Shown here: positions 36,907 to 46,195 of the stretch, piece after piece
How positions within the stretch are numbered: position 1 is the first letter of the stretch
Layout: every line of letters begins with the position of its first letter
IMG/VR virus record: IMGVR_UViG_3300021599_002733
From: a virus
Length of the DNA: 64,000 bases
Reading direction: 5' to 3' (one strand)
Notes under the pieces: model-generated
Database searches by the model: none
Seen by the model: only the letters and a program-made list of their open reading frames with translations
What the model was told of the DNA's origin: nothing
Program-made: the position numbers and the translations under genes

Positions 36907-37380
36907 TTAAATTGGTTTAATTACTATAGTATTTTTTCCTATTATGTCTTCTAGTGTGTATTTTGTTTTATCTAAAAATTTATTTAATGTTTGTCTATAC
37001 AATCTATGACGTAAATTATCATTAGCTTCTAAATAAAATTCTGTAAAATATTCTGTATAGTATTTTAAAATTTCGTTTAAGAAAATATAGATAAATGTGT
37101 TAAATATTTTTTCATCATATGTGGGGGGTTTATCATAACGTTTATTTCCGTTTTCATCTACCCATCCAAATTTAATTTCAGCTATTGTATCTCCTTTATA
37201 AAGGGATTGGTTTAAAATTATAAAATGTTGAATATCCTTTCTATCTTTAAACACCCATAAATTTTTACGAGTATGTTCAAAATCATAATGATTATCAGGA
37301 TTAACAGATTCAAACATTAACTCATATGAAGAGACTATAAGCTCTTCTCGAATTAATTGTTTTAAATCTTGTTTTTTCAT
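36907..37380 (-). CDS. Hypothetical protein with head-cargo-type leader
   Basis: MKKQDLKQLIREEL. Confidence 0.6.
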   Translation of the reverse strand: MKKQDLKQLIREELIVSSYELMFESVNPDNHYDFEHTRKNLWVFKDRKDIQHFIILNQSLYKGDTIAEIKFGWVDENGNKRYDKPPTYDEKIFNTFIYIFLNEILKYYTEYFTEFYLEANDNLRHRLYRQTLNKFLDKTKYTLEDIIGKNTIVIKPI

Positions 37381-37637
37381 GATTTATATATTTTTAATTT
37401 TAAATTACCATTTCCCTTAATTACTCTGTGCCACATATGTTTAGGGATATGGATTTGTTCGTTTAGTGAGGTTGGTAATTGATTATCAAGTTGCAATTTC
37501 CAATCTGTTTCTCCAAGTATCTCTATTGTTCTAGATTCATCATCACGGTGCCATAAAAGTTCAATTGGGTCTATATTTTCGTTAAACTCACGAATAATAT
37601 ATTTGTCTGTAACTTCTATGTCAGTGTATGGGGTCAT
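37377..37637 (-). CDS. Small cupin-like protein
   Basis: WHRD..R, IPKHMWHRVIKG..LK beta-barrel motif. Confidence 0.6.
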   Translation of the reverse strand: MTPYTDIEVTDKYIIREFNENIDPIELLWHRDDESRTIEILGETDWKLQLDNQLPTSLNEQIHIPKHMWHRVIKGNGNLKLKIYKS

Positions 37638-37954
37638 AAACCTAGATTATCTTTAACAAAATAATGGGCTATATCCCAGGCTTGTTTAGGAGACATATTG
37701 TATTTAAGTTCTAAAGTTTTCATTATAGCTCTCTCCACATATTCATGCAATATTACTTTTTCAATTTCATCCAAAGGAGTCTTATCTGAGATGAATATTT
37801 CGTCCTCTGGTATGTGGGTGCTTTCTTTACCATAATGATGGCTACCTAGATAATTGTTCCATACAGGGTATAATTTACTTAAAATAGAGGAATCAATCAA
37901 ATATACTTTGATTCCATCTATAGTAGTCAATAGTTGTTTTTTATATGAAATCAT
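37634..37954 (-). CDS. Small zincin-like protein
   Basis: IPEDEIFI...ILHEYVE...AH. Confidence 0.45.
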   Translation of the reverse strand: MISYKKQLLTTIDGIKVYLIDSSILSKLYPVWNNYLGSHHYGKESTHIPEDEIFISDKTPLDEIEKVILHEYVERAIMKTLELKYNMSPKQAWDIAHYFVKDNLGL

Positions 37955-38388
37955 TCTCCTTTACGCTCTTGCCACTCGTAAGATATGCTATCTTTTTCAA
38001 TAGGACCACCTTTTGCCCATGTTCTACAAGTACGAGCAGAATGGCATTTAAAACTATGCATCCAACAATATCCTAGTCTTCCATCTTCATCTGATAATGG
38101 GCCGGGCATACAATCTTCCATTCTTGGGGAAATATCAAATGCAGCACAATTAGCACATAAAGATTGTTTAGCTGCTTCAACTGTTGTGTCCCAATGTTCT
38201 GCTAATTCATCCCAGTAATCACCAGGTTCATCAACATTTAAAGGACCATATTTAATATAGTCTGCTTTGATAGCTGAATCTCTATTTCTAGTGTTTAATT
38301 CTAAATCTTGGGTAGGTAAAGGGCAAGACATTGCCGCCTCATATAATTTACCTTCAGCTAAATATTTTTTTAAATCAAAATTATCCAT
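37951..38388 (-). CDS. Cys-rich hypothetical protein (start corrected to MDNFDL)
   Basis: CANCAAF, GYCWMHSFKCHSARTCRTW; the longer ORF overlaps the upstream gene. Confidence 0.65.
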   Translation of the reverse strand: MDNFDLKKYLAEGKLYEAAMSCPLPTQDLELNTRNRDSAIKADYIKYGPLNVDEPGDYWDELAEHWDTTVEAAKQSLCANCAAFDISPRMEDCMPGPLSDEDGRLGYCWMHSFKCHSARTCRTWAKGGPIEKDSISYEWQERKGE

Positions 38389-38389
38389 A

Positions 38390-38857
38390 TTATTTTGTTT
38401 TTCCCCATTTAGTACCTTTTCCAGGTGTTTTACATTGTGCTGCTGTAGGACGACATGAAGGATATTTTGAGCGTGTTTCTCCTTTTTCCCTACCACATGC
38501 TTTACATTTTGTTTTTCCGTCTACTTCACGGCAAGTATTGCAATCTACCCATCCACCTTTTTTACCAGGTTCACCTTTACGTGAAAACCATTTACGTAAA
38601 GATTCGTCTTCTTGGATAATGTTTAGAATAGTTTCTTTTAATTTAGCATATCCTGATCCGTAAGGGGCAGCTTTACCTGATTGAGGGTTGTCTGTTTCTT
38701 TTAGGTCTTTCCAAATATCTCCTTTACGACATCTAACTACAGCACCAGATTTGTAAGCGGAAGGTTTATCGAATTTGCGATCAGCAATGCGTAAACATCT
38801 GTCGCGTTTTTTTTCCTCTTGTAGGACTTCTTGTATTATTTTTTGAAGTCTATTCAT
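38390..38857 (-). CDS. Basic Cys-containing hypothetical protein
   Basis: Leader MNRLQKIIQEVLQEE; SLRKWF..GGWVDC..YPSCRP. Confidence 0.65.
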   Translation of the reverse strand: MNRLQKIIQEVLQEEKKRDRCLRIADRKFDKPSAYKSGAVVRCRKGDIWKDLKETDNPQSGKAAPYGSGYAKLKETILNIIQEDESLRKWFSRKGEPGKKGGWVDCNTCREVDGKTKCKACGREKGETRSKYPSCRPTAAQCKTPGKGTKWGKTK

Positions 38858-39064
38858 TTAATACTTTTGTCTTTCTTTTTCAAATAACTCATCGTCTTGT
38901 AAAATCCTATTTAAACGATCACATTCATCCAAAAATGCTTGGACTTTTGGAGATATATTTGTTGAATCTTCTTTTAATGTTCTTTTAGATTCGAGTTTTT
39001 CTAAATATTTTTCTATAGGTCCCATAATATTTTTATCACCAATACCCACTAAAGTTTTTTGCAC
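38858..39064 (-). CDS. Small hypothetical protein (start uncertain)
   Basis: Fills the gap between co-oriented genes; ATG start probably at MGPIEK. Confidence 0.45.
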   Translation of the reverse strand: MQKTLVGIGDKNIMGPIEKYLEKLESKRTLKEDSTNISPKVQAFLDECDRLNRILQDDELFEKERQKY

Positions 39065-39716
39065 CTCCTAGTTGTTTCCAGTAACGACCGATTCTACAAC
39101 TCCAATATGAAGGTTTTGTACGGTCAGTTTTTTCAGAACATCTATGTCTTTTCGCAAATGCTTGTCTAGCTTTAGGGTCATTGATTTTAACAGATAATCC
39201 AGTTGTGCCTCCAAAACTAACTTTTTTAATTTTTTTAGTTTTTGGATTACGAACATAAACATAGAATTTTTTAGATCCACCACGTTTTGGTTTTCCAATT
39301 GGTGGGTTTTTCTTTTTATCTTTTGCTTCTTCTAGTTCGTCTTCCTCTAACATAGGTATGTCCAATGGTACTTTAACACCTTCATATATTCCATATTCAC
39401 CTAAATCAGTTTCTGTTAAAATTTCTCTATCATCTTCATTTACATGAATCGCTTCACGGACATACAGATAACGAGCTTCCGACCATAAATTAAGGAAAGC
39501 TTCAGAGCCATATCGGAACGTGTTTTCTGTAAGTGGTAATTGATTATCCACATGATATTGCAGATTTTCCGATAGTATTTCTTTTTTAACTAAACTTTCG
39601 TTTATAAGCACTCCGGGATTACCAACATTTTCACATGTATGACATCCACAATTACACTCATCTTTTTTGGGTGGTGTAGATAATACTTCTTTTATTAGTT
39701 TACGTAAGCGTTCCAT
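39036..39716 (-). CDS. Hypothetical protein with basic C-terminal domain
   Basis: Leader MERLRKLIKEVL; KKFYVYV..KKVSFG..FAKRHRC..YWSC. Confidence 0.65.
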   Translation of the reverse strand: MERLRKLIKEVLSTPPKKDECNCGCHTCENVGNPGVLINESLVKKEILSENLQYHVDNQLPLTENTFRYGSEAFLNLWSEARYLYVREAIHVNEDDREILTETDLGEYGIYEGVKVPLDIPMLEEDELEEAKDKKKNPPIGKPKRGGSKKFYVYVRNPKTKKIKKVSFGGTTGLSVKINDPKARQAFAKRHRCSEKTDRTKPSYWSCRIGRYWKQLGGAKNFSGYW

Positions 39717-40876
39717 TATTTTAAATCATTAAAATCTATCTCTGCACTAGATCCTTTTAGGTCTTGGTCTTTATATAATAATCCTTTACTAAAAGATCTA
39801 AATTCAATTCCATAGGCTTGACCGATATGATTAGAAAAAGCAAATACAGGTTCATCAAATGTTCCTTCTATATCTGAAATATCATCATATATAATATGGC
39901 AATTTAAAGTTAAAATTCCATTTTCAAATGTATAATCATCATATCCACCTTCAAATGTTTCTTTAACTACTATTGTTTTTGGGTTATCTTTTCCAAATAC
40001 TACTTGTTCTAAAACATCTTCGGGAGTATTTTTAACTACTACTTTGGAGAGTACTTGATTTGTTGTTGGATTATATAGTTTATATTTTCCTTGTCTATCT
40101 AAAGGATAAAGAACTACATTTTCAAAATCCCCAACTTCATCATCTGATCCTACAATTCCAACTTTGTCTAGGAATGCTTTAAATATATTTACTCCTCCAA
40201 TGGGTCTACTTTTAGAACTTTCCCATCGGATAGCATCCCTTTTCTTTAAAGAAATATTAGCTACTACTTTATTACTAGGATCTAAAAGTTGAGTATCTGC
40301 TTTTGCAAATTCAGTTGCACCTTCTACTGATGCATCTTTTGCATTTTGTACGTTAGGTATTTTGATATTTTTCTTGGAGCTTTTTAATACAACAGTTATA
40401 GGGCCTCCATTTTCAGCTACTTTATTATTAATTAAATCATTAAATGATGCTTCGTTTACTTTTCCTGCTGATTGAGCTCCTTGGCCTGAAAGTGGTTTAA
40501 GGATTACTTCTATACCTTCTGGTGATTTTACTCCACCTTGGGATGAACCTTTAATATTTGGGTCTCTTTCAAATCCCATATCAACTAATTTCCGTAAAAC
40601 ACCAGGTCTAGAATCATCTGTTAGAATAAGGATACGATTAGCAGCATCAGAAAGAATATTTTCTTTGGGGATTTGTAGTTCTTTAGATATGTTTAAAGCT
40701 ACTTCTTGGGCTTTAGATGATAATTTTTCAAATGGGCCTTTAGCTTCTTCTAAATCTACCCCCATTTTTTTTAATTCAGACTCAATAATTAAGATATCCT
40801 GTTTATTTTTCATATCAGGATATCCTTTAGGGAATTTGTATGCTATACTATATAAAAATTGTTCTAAAACGTCCAT
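39716..40876 (-). CDS. Putative PD-(D/E)xK restriction-endonuclease-like protein (start corrected to MDVLEQ)
   Basis: GKVNE...AKADTQL...ISLKK spacing typical of the restriction-endonuclease fold. Confidence 0.45.
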   Translation of the reverse strand: MDVLEQFLYSIAYKFPKGYPDMKNKQDILIIESELKKMGVDLEEAKGPFEKLSSKAQEVALNISKELQIPKENILSDAANRILILTDDSRPGVLRKLVDMGFERDPNIKGSSQGGVKSPEGIEVILKPLSGQGAQSAGKVNEASFNDLINNKVAENGGPITVVLKSSKKNIKIPNVQNAKDASVEGATEFAKADTQLLDPSNKVVANISLKKRDAIRWESSKSRPIGGVNIFKAFLDKVGIVGSDDEVGDFENVVLYPLDRQGKYKLYNPTTNQVLSKVVVKNTPEDVLEQVVFGKDNPKTIVVKETFEGGYDDYTFENGILTLNCHIIYDDISDIEGTFDEPVFAFSNHIGQAYGIEFRSFSKGLLYKDQDLKGSSAEIDFNDLK

Positions 40877-40877
40877 T

Positions 40878-41339
40878 TTATGCCGGTGTTTCTTCTGGGG
40901 TTTCTGTTGGTGGTGTTTCCTCAACTGGTGGAGTTTCTTCCATTGTTGTATCTTCTAAAGGTGCTTCCGGTTCTGCTTTGGATCCATATTTTAAAATACG
41001 TCCGATTGCTTCTGCTGCTCTTTCTTCTTCTGGGAGATTAAGTAGGTAGTATTTTTTGCCTTCAACTTGGGCAATCCAACTGCGTTTACCATATGTAAGA
41101 TAAAAATCTTGTCCGTTTTTCAAATTAATACGGAAAGTAGTAGGACGTGGAGCAACCCAATCAATTGAGGATAAAAAATTACTAAATTCATTTGTCATTA
41201 AATCAATAATAACCTGTTTTAACTCGGGGAATTTTGTAAGTTCATCATATTCAACGGCAGCTTCTTCTGCTTGTTCCCGCCCCTTGACAACTTCGGGGGC
41301 AAGTTGTTTAATACGTGCTATGAGTTCTTCTCGCGTCAT
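40878..41339 (-). CDS. Hypothetical protein
   Basis: 153 aa, acidic Pro-rich tail. Confidence 0.65.
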   Translation of the reverse strand: MTREELIARIKQLAPEVVKGREQAEEAAVEYDELTKFPELKQVIIDLMTNEFSNFLSSIDWVAPRPTTFRINLKNGQDFYLTYGKRSWIAQVEGKKYYLLNLPEEERAAEAIGRILKYGSKAEPEAPLEDTTMEETPPVEETPPTETPEETPA

Positions 41340-42154
41340 TATTTTTTATCTTTAAGACGTTGCATTATTTTTTCTGCAATCGTTTCTTTCATTTTCATAG
41401 ATTTTGAAGTAGCAATTTTACCTGCTTTTTCATCAGACATCCCTTGTGATTTTAGGGCATCATAAATCTCACCTCTTTTTTTGATTTGTTTTTTTGACAT
41501 CTCATCAATCACCTCTTCTTGATTCATAACACTAGTCATAGCATCAATTTGTGGTTCTTTTAATTCAAAATCAAGATAATGTTTTGCTGAAACTAGCATT
41601 GATTTGGCTTGGATAATTTTTGATTGCCACCAATGCGGGAAATCAACTTCTTGTTCACCTTCAAATTGATCAACCATTTTGTAAAGTTCCATAGCATATT
41701 TTCCGATACGATATAGATCTGATTTAAGCATATGAGGTTCATCATCTTCGTGTCCTAGGTCAAGATCCTCATTTTGCATTGATTTTTTATCTTGAGATGC
41801 TTTTTTCATTGATTCTTCTTTATCTCCATCTTTGTCAATATCTAAAAAATCAGGTTTTGCTTTTTTCTCATCTAAAGGTTTAGACAAAGCAGCTCTAACC
41901 ATTTCACGTAATTTATCCTCTTTCATTTCTTTAGCTTCAGGTTTTTGTAGAGATTGCTCTACTTCTTTTTCATTTGCTTTTTTAGCTTGGTTAATAGCAG
42001 TGGCGCGGATATACTTTCCAGCACCCGCACCCTTACTATTAAAAATTTTTTCTCCTCGAGATTTTATAATAGCCATCTCGATTTGATCAGCTCTTTTTTT
42101 AACTTCAGGAGTTATAATTTCATTCAATATGTTATTTATCTCCTTGTTAGTCAT
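41339..42154 (-). CDS. Charged multi-motif protein, probable internal head protein
   Basis: PDFLDIDKDGDKEE loop; several L-x-E sites; FPHWWQSKI domain. Confidence 0.6.
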   Translation of the reverse strand: MTNKEINNILNEIITPEVKKRADQIEMAIIKSRGEKIFNSKGAGAGKYIRATAINQAKKANEKEVEQSLQKPEAKEMKEDKLREMVRAALSKPLDEKKAKPDFLDIDKDGDKEESMKKASQDKKSMQNEDLDLGHEDDEPHMLKSDLYRIGKYAMELYKMVDQFEGEQEVDFPHWWQSKIIQAKSMLVSAKHYLDFELKEPQIDAMTSVMNQEEVIDEMSKKQIKKRGEIYDALKSQGMSDEKAGKIATSKSMKMKETIAEKIMQRLKDKK

Positions 42155-42157
42155 ATT

Positions 42158-42328
42158 TTAAGCTTTGTCTTCAGCAGAAGACACTTTTTTAAATTCACCA
42201 GCTAATTTTTTCAATTCACTAGCTGCTTTACGAGCGCGTCCGTGAGCTGCTTTAGCTGTTTTTGAGTTTTCTGTTTTTACTGTTTCTAGCAATGCTTCCA
42301 TTGCTTCTACTAATTCTGTTGTGTTCAT
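42158..42328 (-). CDS. Histone H1-like (Hc1 family) protein, missing from the ORF track
   Basis: Hand translation MNTTELVEAMEALLETVKTENSKTAKAAHGRARKAASELKKLAGEFKKVSSAEDKA; KAA..RARK...E..K...EF(K/R)K.S signature. Confidence 0.8.
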   Translation of the reverse strand: MNTTELVEAMEALLETVKTENSKTAKAAHGRARKAASELKKLAGEFKKVSSAEDKA

Positions 42329-42355
42329 AAATTTGATTTTAATTATAGATTTGAT

Positions 42356-42895
42356 TTATTGTTCTCCACCCCCAATATATTCGCTAACGAAGAATTTAAG
42401 TGTGTTTCCAATTTGTGTTTCCAATTTTTCATTGTTCATTCCTTTAGCGATTTGAAGAGCATCCATTAGATTTTTCATTAATTCGCTTTCAGTACCTTCC
42501 ATGTTAGCTGCAATATCTTCTAAACCACCATCAGTTGTTGGAGTTTCTTCGGGCATATCACCTGGTAGGTCTTCTGTTTCAGTGTCTGTTACTTCAACGT
42601 CTTCAACTTCTTCTTCTTTTTTCTTTTTAGCTTCTTCAAGCTCATAGTCTTCTACAGGTTCATCTTCAAGATCACTAACGTGAGGGAAGTAATCTTTTTC
42701 TTCATCATCATAGTCCCCGTATATGTCTTCTTCCTCATAATCATAGTTATCTGGGTTGAGTTCAGTTAAGATCATTTCACGGATCTTAGAGCGAAGATCA
42801 CCTTCAGAAAGATTTTCTTTAGAGATTATAGGATTAAATTTTTCAAACGTTTTATTTTCGGTTAAAAATTTTCTTAAGTCAAAATTATCTGCCAT
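42356..42895 (-). CDS. Acidic probable internal head protein
   Basis: Leader MADNFDLRKFLTE; late-type motif at 42916. Confidence 0.6.
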   Translation of the reverse strand: MADNFDLRKFLTENKTFEKFNPIISKENLSEGDLRSKIREMILTELNPDNYDYEEEDIYGDYDDEEKDYFPHVSDLEDEPVEDYELEEAKKKKEEEVEDVEVTDTETEDLPGDMPEETPTTDGGLEDIAANMEGTESELMKNLMDALQIAKGMNNEKLETQIGNTLKFFVSEYIGGGEQ

Positions 42896-42896
42896 T

Positions 42897-43520
42897 TTAT
42901 TTTTTATTTGTTTGGTATAAATATTCGGAAAGTAGTGTTCCTATCACTCCTACTTTTTGTCTTAGGTAAATCCACTCATCTTTTTCCATATGGTGAGCAT
43001 CTTTAAACGATATCCCTAATATACCAATTACATGATTGTCTAAACTATGCAAGCTTATCATACAAATAGATTTTGTATCAAATTGGGTGGTGAATGGTTC
43101 TACACCATATGTTTCCTCACTTAATGTAGCATCAAATACAGTTAGTTCTCCGTTTTTATATATTTTAGAAAGTGCTTTTGGAAATAAAGAAACTGGTATA
43201 TTTTGGAATGTTGTCTGGATTGAAGGGATGTTTGGGGATGTTTTCTCATAGAATATAGAGAATTTTTGGATGGATCTACCCGTTGGGTAAAAATGACCTC
43301 CATTATGGAATTGAGCTATCCAAACTCTATCACACTCCAATTCATCTATCATATCCTCTAATTGATTGTCTATTAAAGTAGATGTTTCAAGAGCATCATG
43401 CATTGGAGTAGTTGCAGATTTCTTTTCCATTTTAATTTTAACCCAACTAACAATAATAGGGCCAAACACAGCAGTTATTAATGCTACTGTAACAGTTGTA
43501 AATACAGTTAATAGTTCCAT
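42897..43520 (-). CDS. Single-TM protein with GAF-like domain (T4 holin T-like architecture)
   Basis: N-terminal TM helix; DRVWIAQFHNG, IGILGISF. Confidence 0.5.
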   Translation of the reverse strand: MELLTVFTTVTVALITAVFGPIIVSWVKIKMEKKSATTPMHDALETSTLIDNQLEDMIDELECDRVWIAQFHNGGHFYPTGRSIQKFSIFYEKTSPNIPSIQTTFQNIPVSLFPKALSKIYKNGELTVFDATLSEETYGVEPFTTQFDTKSICMISLHSLDNHVIGILGISFKDAHHMEKDEWIYLRQKVGVIGTLLSEYLYQTNKK

Positions 43521-44089
43521 TACTTCTTTAAGTTTTCTAAATATGTTATTACTTCATTTAATGATTCCTCGGCACGTTCTCTATTAACAGAACCTACCCA
43601 TTTTTCGACTTCACCACTTTCAGTAACTGTACCTAGATTACTTTCTTCTAGTCTTTCTTTAAAGAAAACTTTATATTCTTCTATTGTTTGATCTATTTCT
43701 TTATTGTATGTGTCTTTAACATAATCTTCCCATTTTCCCTCAAGTTTGAGTTTGGTTTCAAATTCAGTTCGACAATCCAAACATGAACCATATGATTTAT
43801 AGTAGTGGGGATCCAATTGTTTATCCATTACACCTTTGCAAGAAGGACAAAATAAAGGAACAGATACTTTTTTAAATTTATCTAATTTAGTAATATTTTG
43901 TTTAATTCCATCTTTAATAGTCCAAGAACGACCATCTTCTTGCCATACATCACCTTCAACATGATCTGTTGTTTCTTGTGTATAACCTATACCATGGGTA
44001 ATTTTTTCTCCATTCTTACCCTTAACAAGGTTACGAATACGTTGAATATCCCTTTCGGAAAATTGCTTTTTTAAAACGTTATCTGACAT
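43520..44089 (-). CDS. Zinc-finger hypothetical protein
   Basis: CPSC...CLDC. Confidence 0.65.
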   Translation of the reverse strand: MSDNVLKKQFSERDIQRIRNLVKGKNGEKITHGIGYTQETTDHVEGDVWQEDGRSWTIKDGIKQNITKLDKFKKVSVPLFCPSCKGVMDKQLDPHYYKSYGSCLDCRTEFETKLKLEGKWEDYVKDTYNKEIDQTIEEYKVFFKERLEESNLGTVTESGEVEKWVGSVNRERAEESLNEVITYLENLKK

Positions 44090-44619
44090 TATAATCCTAG
44101 TTCTTTTAATGTATCTATGGTTGCTTGTGGGTTTTTAGGGTCATGTAAGATTCCTATACCACCATTAGCATTCCATTTTTCAATAGTATCTGCTCTATCG
44201 TCTATAAGTATTTTATTTTTTCCTGAGAAATCTGCTTTGCTAGAGGCTTTTCTAAAATATATATTTTTCATATTATCTAGGCGAGTAACCCAATCTCTTT
44301 TTCCTTCTCTAGATTCTGGGTTTAAGGAGGGGGATGTTAAAATGTATGGGTTATACGATTTAATATAGTTCCAAAGCATGGGTCCACCTTTTTCCCAATC
44401 TAAACCAGCCCAATATTCGTATTCGGACATACCTTTTTCTTTTAAACTATCTTTAAAGACATCCCAAAAAGTATTTTTATCTTGAACATCAGCATGTTTG
44501 GTGTGAACACCAGTTAAATCTTCATAACCCTTATCAAAGTCAACTAATACACCATCCATATCACAAAAGATAATGTATTTTGGTTTGATTTCTTCGTATA
44601 TTTTTTTTAAACTAATCAT
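44089..44619 (-). CDS. HAD-family 5'(3')-nucleotidase/phosphatase
   Basis: FCDMDGVLVDF, ILTSP, K..W, LIDDR..I.KW...GG.GI. Confidence 0.9.
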   Translation of the reverse strand: MISLKKIYEEIKPKYIIFCDMDGVLVDFDKGYEDLTGVHTKHADVQDKNTFWDVFKDSLKEKGMSEYEYWAGLDWEKGGPMLWNYIKSYNPYILTSPSLNPESREGKRDWVTRLDNMKNIYFRKASSKADFSGKNKILIDDRADTIEKWNANGGIGILHDPKNPQATIDTLKELGL

Positions 44620-44620
44620 C

Positions 44621-46195
44621 TTAGAATTTGGGTAAAGATAATGCCTTTGCTCTGGTTCTCCAAATATCTAGAACTTCTTCTTTTTCTTCTGGGGTAATTT
44701 TTTGGGAGTTTAGGTAAGTGTCAAGTACATCTATGAATGGTCTTTTTTCTTTTTTTGCTCTAAAATACATTCCTTGCAATTGAGCATCTACTTCTTTTTC
44801 AAGTTTAAAGTATTCTGCTTTAGGGAGTAGTTTAGCATCAATCAGGTTTCTGATTAACTGGTCATCTTCCAGGAACTTACCAGGTTTTAAATTAAAACCT
44901 TCTCCATGAGTTAAATGTTCGATTTCGTGTCTAACAACATCCTTTAAATTCATTGATATTTCAGACCACATTTTAGGTAAAAGTTTAGGATCTACTTCAA
45001 AACGAATTTCTAAATAATCCGTGTTCGAATCAGCCCCACCATCAATATTTAAATCATTTAACTCAGGTATAAATGAAATATTAGCATCCACGTCTATCAT
45101 TAAATCATCTGTTTCAAATGTTTCTTCATAACGTGAGGCATCCGCTCCACTTTCATAATCTTCTTTCCATTGATTAAAAATAGTTGAAGATATCTGATTT
45201 GAGATTTTATCATATCTACCTTCAACTAAAATTCCCTCAGTTAAAGTGTCTGTCCAATTTCTAAAACACATATTACCCTTTTCATATGCTTCTCTTTCAA
45301 TTTCAGGTAAATCACCACCCTCATTAGTGTTTTGTGTTGTGATATTATCTAATCTGTTCTCACAATTCTGCATATGGTGAATCATTTCATGCGCAAATGA
45401 ACGCATAATATCTTTTGGATGACGATTCATAGTATAAAGTACTATAATGCGGTTATCCGAATCATAGTAGGCTGTTTTACCAAAGAAATCTTCGGCATTT
45501 TTAGCATCATCTTTTACAAATTTAACTTTTGGTAAAGGTTGAATATTTAAACCTTGTTCAATCATATATTTTGTAAGTGATTTAATTTTAGGGGTGTAAT
45601 CAAATTTAGGGGTTTCTATATTTTCTTTAATAACAGAAGCTACATACCCAAAAACTGTATTTTTTTCTTTATCTGTTAGTTGGGTTGGGATATATTTAAA
45701 AAATTCTTCTTTTGATTGGGTTGCTGCTTTTCTAGCATTAGTTCCACTAATCCCATCTCCCGTTACAATGTTTAATACTTCAACATTATCTCCATATTTT
45801 TCAAAAAACTCCTTTCGTTTAACAAAGTCTTCAATATCTCCTTCATTTCCTTCCCTTGTACCTAAAACAGCATATGTTTTTATATCTGGGTTTTCTTCAA
45901 GGTAATCTTTAATATATTTTAAAGGTGATTGGGCTGTTACTATCTCAACTTGAGAAGGTAAATATTGTTTGTAGATGTTCCATATAGAATATGATTCATC
46001 TTGAGTTATATTATTTCGAACTCCACTCCCAATTACAATATAAAATTTTGTTATTTCGGGGTGATCTCTAAGGGTTTTTTCAACAACTTCAAAATGACCT
46101 TTTGTAGGAGGTTTAAACCCACCACCATACAAGGCAGTTACTTGGGATTCGTTTTCTAATAATCCTACTAATAAAGATTTAGCTAATTTATTCAT
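44621..46195 (-). CDS. HIGH-family nucleotidyltransferase fused to two zincin-like domains
   Basis: YGGGFKPPTKGH and ISGTNAR; HEMIH..EREAY; HEIEH..EVDA. Confidence 0.8.
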   Translation of the reverse strand: MNKLAKSLLVGLLENESQVTALYGGGFKPPTKGHFEVVEKTLRDHPEITKFYIVIGSGVRNNITQDESYSIWNIYKQYLPSQVEIVTAQSPLKYIKDYLEENPDIKTYAVLGTREGNEGDIEDFVKRKEFFEKYGDNVEVLNIVTGDGISGTNARKAATQSKEEFFKYIPTQLTDKEKNTVFGYVASVIKENIETPKFDYTPKIKSLTKYMIEQGLNIQPLPKVKFVKDDAKNAEDFFGKTAYYDSDNRIIVLYTMNRHPKDIMRSFAHEMIHHMQNCENRLDNITTQNTNEGGDLPEIEREAYEKGNMCFRNWTDTLTEGILVEGRYDKISNQISSTIFNQWKEDYESGADASRYEETFETDDLMIDVDANISFIPELNDLNIDGGADSNTDYLEIRFEVDPKLLPKMWSEISMNLKDVVRHEIEHLTHGEGFNLKPGKFLEDDQLIRNLIDAKLLPKAEYFKLEKEVDAQLQGMYFRAKKEKRPFIDVLDTYLNSQKITPEEKEEVLDIWRTRAKALSLPKF

